Source: Lingula anatina (Eukaryota > Animalia > Brachiopoda). Taken from it: DNA of 64,000 bases. A model generated the notes under the pieces. That model was not told where the DNA came from. It did no database searches and saw nothing but the letters and a program-made list of their open reading frames with translations. Below, piece by piece: positions 13,034-25,700 of this stretch. Position 1 is the stretch's first letter; each line of letters opens with the position of its first letter. Made by a program: the position numbers and the translations under genes. The DNA lies in contig CM120641.1 in the NCBI GenBank assembly GCA_051362555.1, forward strand, positions 6,696,001 to 6,760,000, written 5' to 3'.

Positions 13034-13808
13034 ACAATCTCCCGGCCTCCGTTATGGACTGAAATCGGTGAAATCACCAGATGCTTATATATATGACGAC
13101 AAATTTTATTTAGTTAAATGTGTTTGTACCCTGCTAATGAAAGAACAACTACCTAAGCCCAAGCCGACCATAAAATTAAACCATATGGTGACTCAACGCG
13201 ATTCTTCATGCTCAGGTACTTGAGTATTTTTCTTGTTGGGTGAAATGAATATGTATAAGCACTCTTCAGCAGACTGATTTAGTTTTCCCAATCTCTGAAT
13301 ACCCTGGCTCCAGAGTTAATGCTTCATTGATTATGAATTTTGACGACTCAGTCTCAATGACAACTGTCTACTTGAAGCGTGTGAAATCTCATGAAAACCG
13401 ATATTACAAGTTGGGGTCTTCTAGTATCTAAGTTAAGTAAATTCTATGAAAAAAAGGCATAGAAAGTTATTAAGTACAAGTATAATTTTCTTAAGCGTTT
13501 AATAGTGCGAAATTGTTTTCGAAAATGTTAGTACAGTCACAAGGTCTTGGTTGATTGGTTAATTATAAAATCCAAAAGTAAATTTCCATGGCGTGATAAG
13601 AGCTGCAAACTGAATTTTTTTAACTTTCTGAATTTGTCATAACAGAAATATCATTTCAGATATTCAGTTTAAAAGACGTAATCAAAAGCCTTTAGAGATT
13701 ATCTGATGAGGAATTATTAAAATTTTAATTGGCAAAGTAGAATGGACAGTTTTGTAGATGATGAAAGGAAAATATGTTAACGTATGATCTGTACAGAGAG
13801 ATAGAGTA

Positions 13809-13974
13809 CAGGCCCGTAGCCAGCAATTTCAAAAGGAGGGTGCTTTATCTGAAAAAGTGGACCTTTTACCATGAAACCTTCATGTACCCAGATAAAATTT
13901 TACCCAGAGGGGACCTTTTCTCAGCGAAAGGGGGTTCTTTCGAAACCCCCCGACCCCCACCCCCTACGGGTCTG
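13809..13974. mobile_element. Short MITE with CAGGCCCGTAG termini
   Basis: CAGGCCCGTAG ... CTACGGGTCTG inverted termini, flanked by a gagta direct repeat (13804-13808 and 13975-13979). Confidence 0.65.
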
Positions 13975-15817
13975 GAGTATAAATTCCCTTGTATTTGTAT
14001 GAAAAAAGAGAAACGATGAATAAACGTTTGAAACCCCCAATTCGGCGTCGTCGGAGGAGGGTAGCACGCGGCTTAGCATTGACCCCCCCCCCTCCCGCAC
14101 AGTGTGCTTCGCAGAATTAACTGTTGATAGTGATTTTCAACTGGCTATAATTGAGCCACTGATTTTAAGGCTTAGATATCTGGCAACAAAGGCTATTTCT
14201 GTTGGAAGATGTCATGAAGAATTTATTGCATTACAAACGTAATTAAACACGCACTAGACGTATCAGTCAATATATCTCTGAATTATTTAATAAATATATA
14301 ATAGTAAGTAGGAGACTCCCCAGGTCTGAGATTGTCAGCATTGATTTGAAATTAAGCAACTGACACAGGTAACCTTGCGCTGTCGAAAATTTTTATCAAG
14401 AAAACCATCCTTTGGAATTATTATATCGATTGAACTCTGGGTATTCGGCATTCATAAATTTTATATTCTGTAACTGTGGATAATTCATATGTTCTTTGTA
14501 AAAATCCAACGGATTTTGCAGCTGCCACGGCTTTCAAGATTAAAAATTTAAGTTATAAAAACAAAAATCAATTGAGTCGAAAGTTCATACGGCTCTATTC
14601 TACTAAATTTTCGTTCTTTGCGTAATGACCAAGGCAGCAAAATAATAACCTGTATGACACTTAATAAAATTCAGTAACCTAAATATTAAGGACATTTTAG
14701 AAAAGTAAATGGCACGAAATGCAAGAACCATGTAAAATCATTAACAGATGTCAATTTCTACTTTTTCGTGTCTTCAAGACCGCGTATCTAAAGGCCAGAT
14801 CAATTTCATTGTCGACACACGTCACTCGATGACTGTCCTCAGGTTGCAAAAGGGAAACCATACAAGTGATAGTTACCATGCAAACCGATAGCAAAGCCGT
14901 ATGACCGACGCACGCAATGATTGCTTTGCCAGTTTCATATTTGTCATTTTATGTGGGAATTAAATGAACTAACTTAAAATAAACTGAAAAAACTAGCAAC
15001 TCGGTATGACGCTCTTCCTGAGGCAAGAGAAGCAAGAAACGAGGTTTTTTTAAAGTCCTAACAGAACGAAGAGTTTGGCCTTTTATGATATGCCAGTATA
15101 ATTCCAAAGGGAGGTCGAATACTATTTTGTAACTCCTGCTTAGTCACGCCATTGTTCTGGTTTGCCTGCACGTTCAGTAGAGATGGTTGTATCTAGTATG
15201 TAAATAGAGGTGGGCTTGGGACGGGGTGCAATGGCAATAGTGATTTCGTCTCCGCAGGTGTTGTAATCATAGGGTAACCAATTCGTATCCAAACACGTCC
15301 ATTTTTTTTCAACGCCTTAAGAATTTTATCACTCACCGATAGTTGTGTGGGTTGTGCCTTTACGACTCGTGTTAACATTTAGCGATGAATGAATGACATA
15401 AAAGACCTTTGCCTATAACATAAAATTTTATTTGATAGAAATGTAAATGTAAATGTAAAAATAACTTTTATAAGGCACGTAACATGACAAGGAGAAAAGT
15501 ATAAAAACTCCTATGCCAATACATAAATACACTTTTTATAATTCAAAATAATACAAACTGAAAATACAAACGCACAATACAACACAATACAAAAATAAAC
15601 GTGAAAACATTTTAAAACGTGGAACATAAAGATGTCCTATATAAATACATTGGCGCAATAAAGGACAGTATTGCAGAGCGAAATATACGCACTTTCCAAA
15701 TATAAACAGTTGCTGGTGTCTTTTGGGAAAAGTACTGATACATCCAACTGTTCTTAGTTCATCTAAATTGTAAAGGGATCACATATCACAGTCTCAGGTT
15801 TCAGACCAATTTTTTTC

Positions 15818-18800
15818 TTAAACAGACGTCTCGGTGCACAGCGTTGGTTCTCCCTCGACGGCCAAAGAAATGACCACTCGGTGATTTGCTAGGTGAGTCA
15901 TCTGACCGACAGCTCCATGGCGACTTCGGCTGCTAAACTTCGTCATTGCACCCTGGTAATAAGAGAAAAGCCAATGTGTATAATCCACAAAATCAGTCCC
16001 TTAATCCCGTTAACACTAAAGAGAGCGAATCAAACAAATATTTTTTCTAAAGATCTGAATTAGTCGGAGCTACTCTACCCAAGTTATCCGTTGTTCAAAT
16101 GAGTTATATTTTATACTAAAATGTTCAACTCGTATCGGTTATCAATAACCTGAAATCAAATAAATGCATCAATTTTTACTTCAACCGTTCAATGTATTAT
16201 CGGTAATCAAATAATACTTAAAGGGATAATAACTCTTCGTATGAAATCTGTATTTCACAATAAAAACATTGTGAATGACTCATAAAAATATAATATATTC
16301 TGTTTTCCCACAAAAACGGCTGTTATAGCTATTATTCTGATATCTGAGCTTGTCTTTAGACCACGTGACCTCCATTGATGGCTATACTCTGTTAAAATCT
16401 CTTAAGAGATTTTAACAAAAAACCAAACTTTTTAGAAAAAAACCAGGGACTAACTTTGAATGTAAAAATGGATTCATTAACCATTGGTAAGTATGGGAAA
16501 ATTGTTGTTTACTCCAGGAAAATTCATTTTTTGGCCAAAACGAAGAGTTATTATCACTTTAAGCACAAAAAATGATTAAAATGTTAGACTGCAATCCACA
16601 AATAGAATTTACTTTGATATCAGTAAAACAATCCACAAATAGAATTTACTTTGATATCAGTAAAACTTTAAATGACTCCCAAGCTACATACCTGGAGCAT
16701 CTTTCTTCCCTTCACAGCACGTGTGAGGGCCACGGCCATTCTTTGCATGCATGGTTTCAATTCTGAGGGGGCGTATGTACTGTAATAGCGCAGATTTGGA
16801 GCCCACTTGCTTTCGCTGTCTTCCATAAGAATTGATGAAGCAAGATGGACGGCTGCGGCTGCCTTCATAGATGATGAGAACTGCACACACGTTGCGTCGG
16901 ATAACATCAGGTCCATGAAGTAAAAGCTCAGGTTACGGACCTGAACAGGTATAAGAAATTTATGTTCATGTAAAGACGCATTATGAGCCCATTTAATAAA
17001 AGGAACAAGAAGTTTTGTTATCGTCAAAACTTAAGGAAAAGGAGATAATTCGCGTTTACATTATGCATTCTCTTTGAGAAAAAAAGTACATATATGTAAA
17101 TGAAAAAATATAGATATGGAATGAAAATTAACTATTGTAAAACCCGCGTTATTTTACATAAAGCTTGTTCACTTTTTCCAGTTAGTCTCATGCACTCACC
17201 GTTGAATCTTGGTCAGAACCGCGCACTGCCTTGAGGTATCGCTCAACAAACACCATTGGGTTCGGCATGTGAAGGCTAAACCGAAGCACTTTCAAAACTA
17301 AAATCTCCATTTTAAGTACTTGGTCTTTCGTGTATGATCCGTCAGTCAAATGAGTGAGGGTGTCAATCTGTAAAATAAAAAAAAAAAACGTTTGTGTACA
17401 TGTAAACGATATCAAGGAAAAATTCTAAATCATTTGCAATATGGGCTTCTGTAAGAACTGTGATGAAGCCATTAAATATGTAATATTTAGCGAGTCTATT
17501 TAGTATATCACCAAAATGCATACCAATCCTTGATACAACCAACCCCAAGCGATCCAAATCCTCAATAGAGATTATATCTTGGTATTTATTTAAAAATAAT
17601 AAAACAGTAAAAAAATACCATCCCATCATGTTTTTAAAAGTAAACTTCAAGACAGATTTATTAAAAAACCACTGGTAAAGGCTTTATGAAATTACAGGTC
17701 TGTGTGAATATATACCTCGGGTGGAAATCTCTCTTCGAACTTGGCGGCAATGAAGAGGCAGGTGATCCCCAGCAGCTGATAGCGGTCAAGGCCAATACTC
17801 CTGCGGCTTGTGAATATGTCCAGCATCGCAATGGCCATGTGAATAGTCTGGGACTGGATCTCAAGGTGGACCTAATAAGTAGTTGCAATAGAAAAATATA
17901 TCAGTTGCTAATATACATGTTACTTCTTATCATATTAGCACCTGCACTAAAATGTGTCCCAAACCGATAGTTGCAATAATAAAATATATCAGTTGCTTAT
18001 GCACATGTTACTTCTTGTTCGTGATGTCATCATATTAGCACCTGCACTTAAGTGGGTCTCAAAACGACTTTTTGCAAATGTTTGGTGTACGTCAGTATGG
18101 ATATTTCAATTTATAGTGACTGTTTCCGTTTGTGGAGTCATAAAAATCCTTTTCATCCTTTTTTATACAATTCATCGTAATTTCATCTGCTAACATATTC
18201 AACTAACCTCCACTTGCAGCAGCCAATCCACTAAAATCTCCCGCATTTTTGGGGTGACCTCCGCACAGTTGTCAAGAAAATCTGGTCCCAGTTTATACTT
18301 GTGTTCCAGGTCCTGAAATGAAATCCCTCTCCGTGTACCATCTTCAAAATTGATCACTTTCTTACTCAATTAAAGCGGCATTATAGAGGACAACGGCAAG
18401 GTAAAATACACTAAATTGTAGAAGATATTAATGTTTAGACCAAGTAACTACTGTCAATATAAAACATTTGATCGGCTGGTGACGTTACCGGGTGATATTT
18501 TGGGGCTTTAAATCGATGTTGATGTAATTTCACACACGCACACACGCACACACACACACACACACTAAATGGAATTCCTACCTGCAGATAGTTTACGACG
18601 TCCTGTGAGTATTCTTTACACAGAAACAAGTCCGTCTCGTCTTCGTCAATGTCAATGACGCCATTTGGCCGAGAAATTGGAAAAGCTTGCTTCAAGCAAC
18701 TGAGATCAAAAGTATCATCTGAAATTGTAATTTTAATAATAAGGGTATGCAATTGGATCTTGTTCTACAACAATCTGGTTCACCTGCAACTTGAAACTGC

Positions 18801-20057
18801 CAGCTCCAAGGAAATGTTTTAGAAAACTGATGTAGGGGACGAGCAGTAACAGACTTATGTGATATGTACCCTTTGCTACAATATTTAACGAAAGGCATTC
18901 AATTTTGTAACAAGCTAAAGATACCCCTGCCGAGAGGGGGGGGATGCAACATGCATGTGACGCTATAGATCAATTTAAGGTAAAGTTATTCTAAACTCGG
19001 TGAAATATAGAACCAAACAGGTTCATGTTGCGAGCACCAGTCAAAACAGCAACAAGATAGGTTCATCGCTCGCATCTTTTAGAGATGAACCTCTACCCTC
19101 AGAGACAAAATTTGAAAAGATGTCGAGTAGCCATCTTGTCCCTCGCTTCTTTAACCATGAAAAAATTGCGGCAAACTTTAAAAGCACTTAAAATAAAACG
19201 TTAACTTCTTATCCAAAAAATTGCCCAATTTACCTTCTGTCTCAGACTTTTTGGGAACTGGCACAAAAAACAATTGCGGCAAAACTTTTTAGAAGTATTT
19301 TAAATAAAATGTTAACTTTATTTTTAAAAATTGCCCAAATTACCTGTCTCCAACCTTTTGGGGACTGGGACAAAAAACTCCCTGGATTTGGTTTTCTCTG
19401 TCAGTCGTGGTTTACCTGACGCTAAACAAAAGTTTAATACAAATGAAGATATGTTTTCATGTTGGCAACTACACATTTCAATATACTTAGTAAAAAAATT
19501 ATTTAACAGCACTGAATTCACAAATAGAACCATAAAAAATAATTTACCTTTTTTAGTCACCTCGGTTCTGGCCTTAACTGGAATGCGAGATGAATGTTCC
19601 TCATTTTCATTGTTGGCACATTTTATTGGGTCGGAAAAATTCCCCTTTTTTGACTTTTTTACTTGGCCGCCCACGGTTCTATCAAATGTGTTGCTGACAT
19701 CATCGAAGGGACGTTGCTGCAAAATTAATGTGCAAAATCAATGATAGGCAACTTAAATCCTACAGCGAGGTTTCTTTCTTGGCATTATCAAAACCAATAT
19801 AAGGTACATTAAAGTTATCAGCATAACTTAACGATAAAAGTCGCAGATCTAGTCACTTGGATTTAAAATCTTATAACCAAGCTACAAAGCTTTGCGCATG
19901 TGCCTAAATTACACGACTCGCCATTACAAATATTTCAAACGTATATATACTCTACCTTGCCTCTCATGCGTTTTCCCATAAAATTCTTGACATTTCGTTT
20001 CATTTTTGACACGTTGTTTATATTGCTGGTCTGAACAATTGCTGCTGTTGACGCCAT
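15818..20057 (-). CDS. Divergent B-type (cyclin B/B3-like) mitotic cyclin, ~430 aa, 9 coding exons
   Basis: Exons 20057-19956, 19716-19548, 19415-19344, 18718-18582, 18312-18208, 17871-17716, 17367-17200, 16940-16692 and 15952-15818 total 1293 nt in phase. Motifs: degenerate D-box QRPFDDVSN, DIDE...EYSQDVVNYL, MREILVDWL, YQLLGITCLFIAAKFEERFPP, YTKDQVLKME, plus a cyclin C-terminal domain. Confidence 0.9.
16222..16558. mobile_element. Kolobok-like MITE in the last cyclin intron
   Basis: TIRs AGGGATAATAACTCTTCGT and ACGAAGAGTTATTATCACT, with TTAA on both sides (16218-16221 and 16559-16562). Confidence 0.75.
18531..18565 (+). repeat. (CA)n microsatellite, intronic
   Basis: Seen directly in the sequence. 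Confidence 0.9.
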
Positions 20058-21213
20058 TGTTGAGAATCCCTTTACAAATCTGAAAAGTTAGAAAATTGTT
20101 TCTATAATTTTGACTATATGTGTCGAGATCAATATGACCTGTTGAATCTTGTGTCGCAAATATAGAGTCCTGAATTTTTTTAATGTGCACTTTAGATATG
20201 GACGTCAGAGGTGTTCAGAATTTAAATTCCGAAATTAGGTCAAAAGACACTGTCAAAACTCAATCAAAAACCAAGTGACACAAACCGTCCTCTGCTACGG
20301 CGAATGTCGTGAACAAAAGAACCAAGGTGTGGTGTAACGCGCAAACATGCGTGGCATGCACGTTTCCGAGAAATACCACGCCTGGATCTTCTGAGCACAA
20401 TTAGATCCACTGTGGTATAAAATACAACACGAGTCATCGAGGTGTATGTATATATGCGGTCTATGTGATGTTCACGAGTGCGAAGATATGTTGACGAGTG
20501 TCGTTTTTCAACTTCTGTCCTAGTGGTTGTCGAGAAAAAGAGACCCAAACGTGGTGGATCTAGCAGTCATGCGTTACGTGCGCACGTGCGAATTTTTTCT
20601 TCGCTAATGGCAGAGTGTGACGTCCTTTTATAAGTCTAAAGTCGTACATAAACATATCTTATATATATGTCTTTTTAGATTAGAGCGGCATTGACTAATT
20701 GTTAGATGCAGTCAGCTCCAAAGATAAATTATCTCTAAAGACAAAGACACCGAGATATGCTAGCGACAATCTTACCTGTAGTTCCACTGCCTTCTTTTCA
20801 ATTTTCTTCTATCGCTCTTCAAAGCTCCCCAAAGATCGGCTGCCTCTTATACTAGTACGACTGACCACAGGGGTGAACAGTTTTGACCGGTATTTGCGTG
20901 CTTGGCCAATCAAGACAGTAGACGTAAGCAACCGAGCACATGTCACAGAAAAGGGTCAAGGTAAAGGTACATGTAGGCACACCCACAAAATTATTGGCTA
21001 AGTTACTGGCCCCATCAGGTTAGAGCAGTCAGTTTCGCATGCGCACCTATCTCAGATACAAGTACCGTTTGAGTTTTGTTTCACGTTCTTTCTGACGTAA
21101 TTCAACTGATGTGAAGTCACCATGCTGATCCTCCAGTAACTTCTACCAGGGCCACAGATTTTACATTACAAATTCATGCACAGACATGTCTCTGGCTAAC
21201 TATGTGCAATTTT

Positions 21214-21472
21214 CTGTACAGTGCAGCAATGTACTGCACTGCATTCTGTACTGTACTGTACTGTGCTGAACTACCTACTGTACTGTTCTGTACTGCAATG
21301 TACTGTACTGTACTGTGCAGTACTGTACTGAACTACCTACTGTACTGAACTGTACTGTACTGTTCTGTACTGCAATGTACTGTACTGAACTGTACTGTAC
21401 TGTACTGTCAGTGTGCTGTACTGAGTATGTGCTGTGCTGTGCTGTGGTGTATTGTATCGTTCTGTACTGTAC
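21214..21472 (+). repeat. Degenerate (CTGTA)n pentanucleotide satellite
   Basis: About 250 bp of tactg/tgctg/aactg units. This explains spurious ORF 21275-21478. Confidence 0.9.
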
Positions 21473-22780
21473 TCGCATGATTTAACCAAAGACATGAACT
21501 GTGAACATGTAATGAAATATTAATCTGTGGCACGCTCTAGCCCTACGGGATTGCAGTTATACTACAAGTGAAGTCCGCGACTCACTGTTTCCCCGATTTA
21601 CAGTAATCAAATATCAAACTTATGGACACCGAATATCTGGATATAACAAGTTATTGACGACAGGCTAGACATATGCGTAGGTGTCGGGGGAGGGGGGTTG
21701 CCCCAATGTTTCAGCGTTGTAAAATGTTGTGAACGTGCTGTAACGCTTCAACAGATCGATGAATTGCTGAAAAATTCCCATCAAAGTAAAAACCGATGAC
21801 ATTTGCTGAACTGAACACTGAAGTTGAAGGCTGAAGATAACTTCTTGCTTAATCGGTTTGTGCGCGCTAACATAATAAATCAAGCGCTAAAGTAGTATGG
21901 GGTCAGACAGTGACGCACCCTTGGCAACATGTAATACCCCTCTTTGGGATAATTGAGCATGTGCAAAATGCACATGTGCACAAATATGAGCTTTAGATAT
22001 TGTTGTTGCCATAAATTTTCCTTTGACTATGCCGAATTTCTCTTTTTATTATCCACGTCGGTCATAGGCGCAGGGAGGGCGGGGGCTATCATTGTAGAAA
22101 AAATTATTTTCAGACAGCTTCTCGATAACAATAAACACAGCTAGCAAGGTTGTTACTCAGGGCCATACACATTGAAAATGAGTTCGTTTCTGTCACAGTA
22201 TTTTTAAATCGGCCATAAATTCTATGAATCTAGAAAGATCTAGAAACAGAGTAAGACATAATATGAAAGTATTCGACAAGGGAAAATCGTGTATCTCCAT
22301 CCAAAATCGGAGAACATTTGCACTGTTCAACTGCATATCCTACGTGGTCCTATGTCGCAATTCTAATATAAAACAGTAGCCGAGGGTAATTTTACCTAAA
22401 GCCCACACCCAACTTTGAATCCACCGTAAACATTTTTACACAGTAATTGCAGTAAAGATAAAATTGAATTTTTGATAAGATCCAAAATTCATTCAGGACC
22501 TAACTAAAATTCACTCGATTAACTTCAGTTCGAAATGAAATGCTACAACAATGCATTGGTTATTTTAAAAATATTTTATTCTAAAATATAAATAAAAATA
22601 TTACAATTATAGTTCTTGACAAAACCATTCTAATTTTCTGTCATTTCAACAATACAAAGGACTACGAATACTGCTTTGTAACTATAATACATTCTTTGGT
22701 TTTAAGACATTTTAAATAACGACTTTTAGTCGAATAAACACAGACGCACATCAAGAAACGCCCTCATTAAGGACAGGGGA

Positions 22781-25700
22781 TTAAAATGTAGACAGATTTT
22801 GAAAACTTTGCGCAGGTTGTATATATTCTGCATTTCCCGCTTCCATGTAGGAAACCTCGGAGTCCATCATTTCTGGGGAAGGCACAGAATTCGCACTCTG
22901 CGCGTCGGACGTGTCTTGGGCCGCCTTGAAGAGCCAGTTCCTAGCTTTACTATGGGTGGACTGGCTGGAGGAGGCGCCGCTCTTGTACTGACAAGTGTAC
23001 CAGCGCCAGACACCGAACCCAGCGGCACCAAGAAGGACAACAATCAGAGAAACGCCAACGTTCCAGCCCAGGAGAGCCATGGTGGTATTTTTGTTTCTTC
23101 GGCCGACCTCCCGCGCCTCCGCTATCTGTCCACGGACGTCATGCAGCTCGCTCCTCACTTCTTCGAGAACTCGTTTAAACTCGACTTCTTTACCGCCGTC
23201 AACTTCCGTATTGAATTCTTGTACTGGAAATTTGTAAAGAAAATATTCAATTTTGTTGTTAATTGATCATTTTGTCATTTCGATGCTCTTTAATGCACTT
23301 TGTATGATTATCATAGCTGGACTATTATTGTTAACATATATCGACTGTCATATGGAGTTAACTGTAGGCAGTTTTAACTTCAATTCAGCTACTGAATTCA
23401 GTCCAGCACTCCAAAAGCAGCCGAATAGGAAGCAAATTTTAAGTAGGGGCGCTAACCATTGGAAAAATAATCAACCAAGGGTGTGTTTCTCCTTAGACCT
23501 TACCCCCTGCGCTTACGACTCCCATGGTTAAAAAATAATGAAGCTAAACCCCCCTTGGCCCCCCTCCCCCGTAATGAATAATTTAGTTTTCTTATAGATA
23601 AAATTTTGTCCCTTTTCCCTTCTTCTTGTCCAGGACTCGGATATTGGATTTACATTTCATTAAACAGTCATCAACTGAAGAAAAGTAAGTTTAGCTGCTA
23701 ATTAAGGCATTGCTGTTAATGGTTTATTTGCAGTGAGATCTCCATTCACCTTTGAACAATGTCGATAATGGCAAAGTATAACTAACCTAGAGGCGCTTGT
23801 TGTCCGGCCTGGTCTGCTATGTCTAAACACAAAAAGCTGCCTGGGATGTTGATGCACGTGGTACAGGTTTCCACAAGACATTCATCAATATCTGGAAGAA
23901 TATCAACACAATAATCAACTCCAGAAAAAAAAAACAATTGAACATATCTAAAGACACAACAAAGACACATTAAAAAAGACAATTCAACTTCATATGGACA
24001 TTTCTATACCTTATAACTTCTAAATGTTCCAAAAGGAACTCTTCTGATCTTAAGATAGGTTTGGTTGAATTAACTGATTCAGCAAATATTAATACTTACC
24101 AAGACATTCAGTGGTGTCGTTAGACAGGGTGTAACCAGCGTAGCAACCGCACTCAAAACTGCCCTCTGTATTAGAACACGTGTGATGACATCCGCCATTG
24201 TTAACGGCGCACTCGTCGATATCTGTCGGGGAAAAATTATAGCAATAGAAATAAAATATATCAGATAATGTATTCTTATTGTACAATGATCAGGACCTAA
24301 TAACACAGCAGTTTTTAATAGCAAAGCCTGATTGAAAAAAGCATCGGTAATGCTAAGACCAAGCTATAGCAAAATAAATAAAAATCGCCTCTATCAATAC
24401 TTAGCTTGTATGTTATTATTGAGCTACGTGATCCGTCAATCAAAATCTTAAAGCATCTCATAAAAAGCTGTGGGGTAAAAAGTGTATGACGCTAGTTTAA
24501 CAAGGAAAATTGAAAAAAATTTTCAAACCTGTGCATTGTTTCCCATTGGTGGGTCGGATATGTGTGTCATTCTTACAGACACACATTGAAATTCCATCTA
24601 TTTGGTCGACACACTGAAATACATCTGGAATAACAAGCATATTTGGTTTTTGTAAATAAATAAGTCAAAATAAGTATATGAACATCACTAGTGCAGAGGC
24701 TGAACTATTGAATCCTTATCAACGCAATAAAATCATTTTTTCATAAGGTCGAAACTCAATGTACCAATTATAAGACATTTTTGCATTTTCTTAACATTTC
24801 GAAAGCGCCTATCACTATCGCTATATATGGTAATAATGTCATTGTATCATTTTAAGAGGAAGCACTACAGAGAAGGTCAAATTTGTTATATTTTCTGTAT
24901 AATTTCTGAATGGTTTCAGTAAAATAATCCTACACCAAATTACGTGGGGTTTAATTTCACGTTAAGCTTTCATAAGAATACTCATTAATTTAAATGTCAA
25001 GGAATCCTTTTATAGAATTGTTCCACACCTGCGCAGGGCTTTGTATCCGGTATCAATTCAAATCCTTCGTTACAGGTACAGTAGTAGGCACCGACTGTAT
25101 TAATACAGCGTTGACTGCAGCCTCCATTGCTGACTGAGCATTCATCTTCGTCTAAAACAACATTGGACTTGGATTAAGTTTTCATCAGATATAATAACAA
25201 TTTTCTCGAGACTAATGATTTTAATCGATTAATACGTAGGTTTTTGCTTGAAAAACAGATGAGTATTGACCATCTACGAAACAAACTGAAACATGCTGTA
25301 AAGTAACAGAAAGCAAAAATTTATGGAAAGATAACATTTGCATATAACACCTATTAGAAATTTATTTTTCTTTCACGTCAGTCTACAAGTGGACTTTGAA
25401 AATTCAAGGGAAATTTCGTTCAATCAACTTATTCTTTTCGAGGGTGGATTTTCAAATTTCTTTTCAACTTAATACAAATATTTCACGAAGAATACCTTGA
25501 TACGACGGTCCCGGTAACCCTGTGGCTCCAGCGGGCCCAGGTGCCCCTCTCTCACCGGTGTCTCCTGCAGGTCCTGCTATGATGTCAAACTCGCAGCCCT
25601 AAAATGAAGAGACACTCCATTAATCTCTCTATATATGTATATGTTCAATTACAATGCAAGGACCACTAAATTGTTGACAAAAACCTTTTTATTGAAAGCA

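Noticed and set aside
16592-16666. Short tandem duplications in cyclin introns (also ~17877-18060)
   Set aside because: Ordinary local duplications with no evident function.
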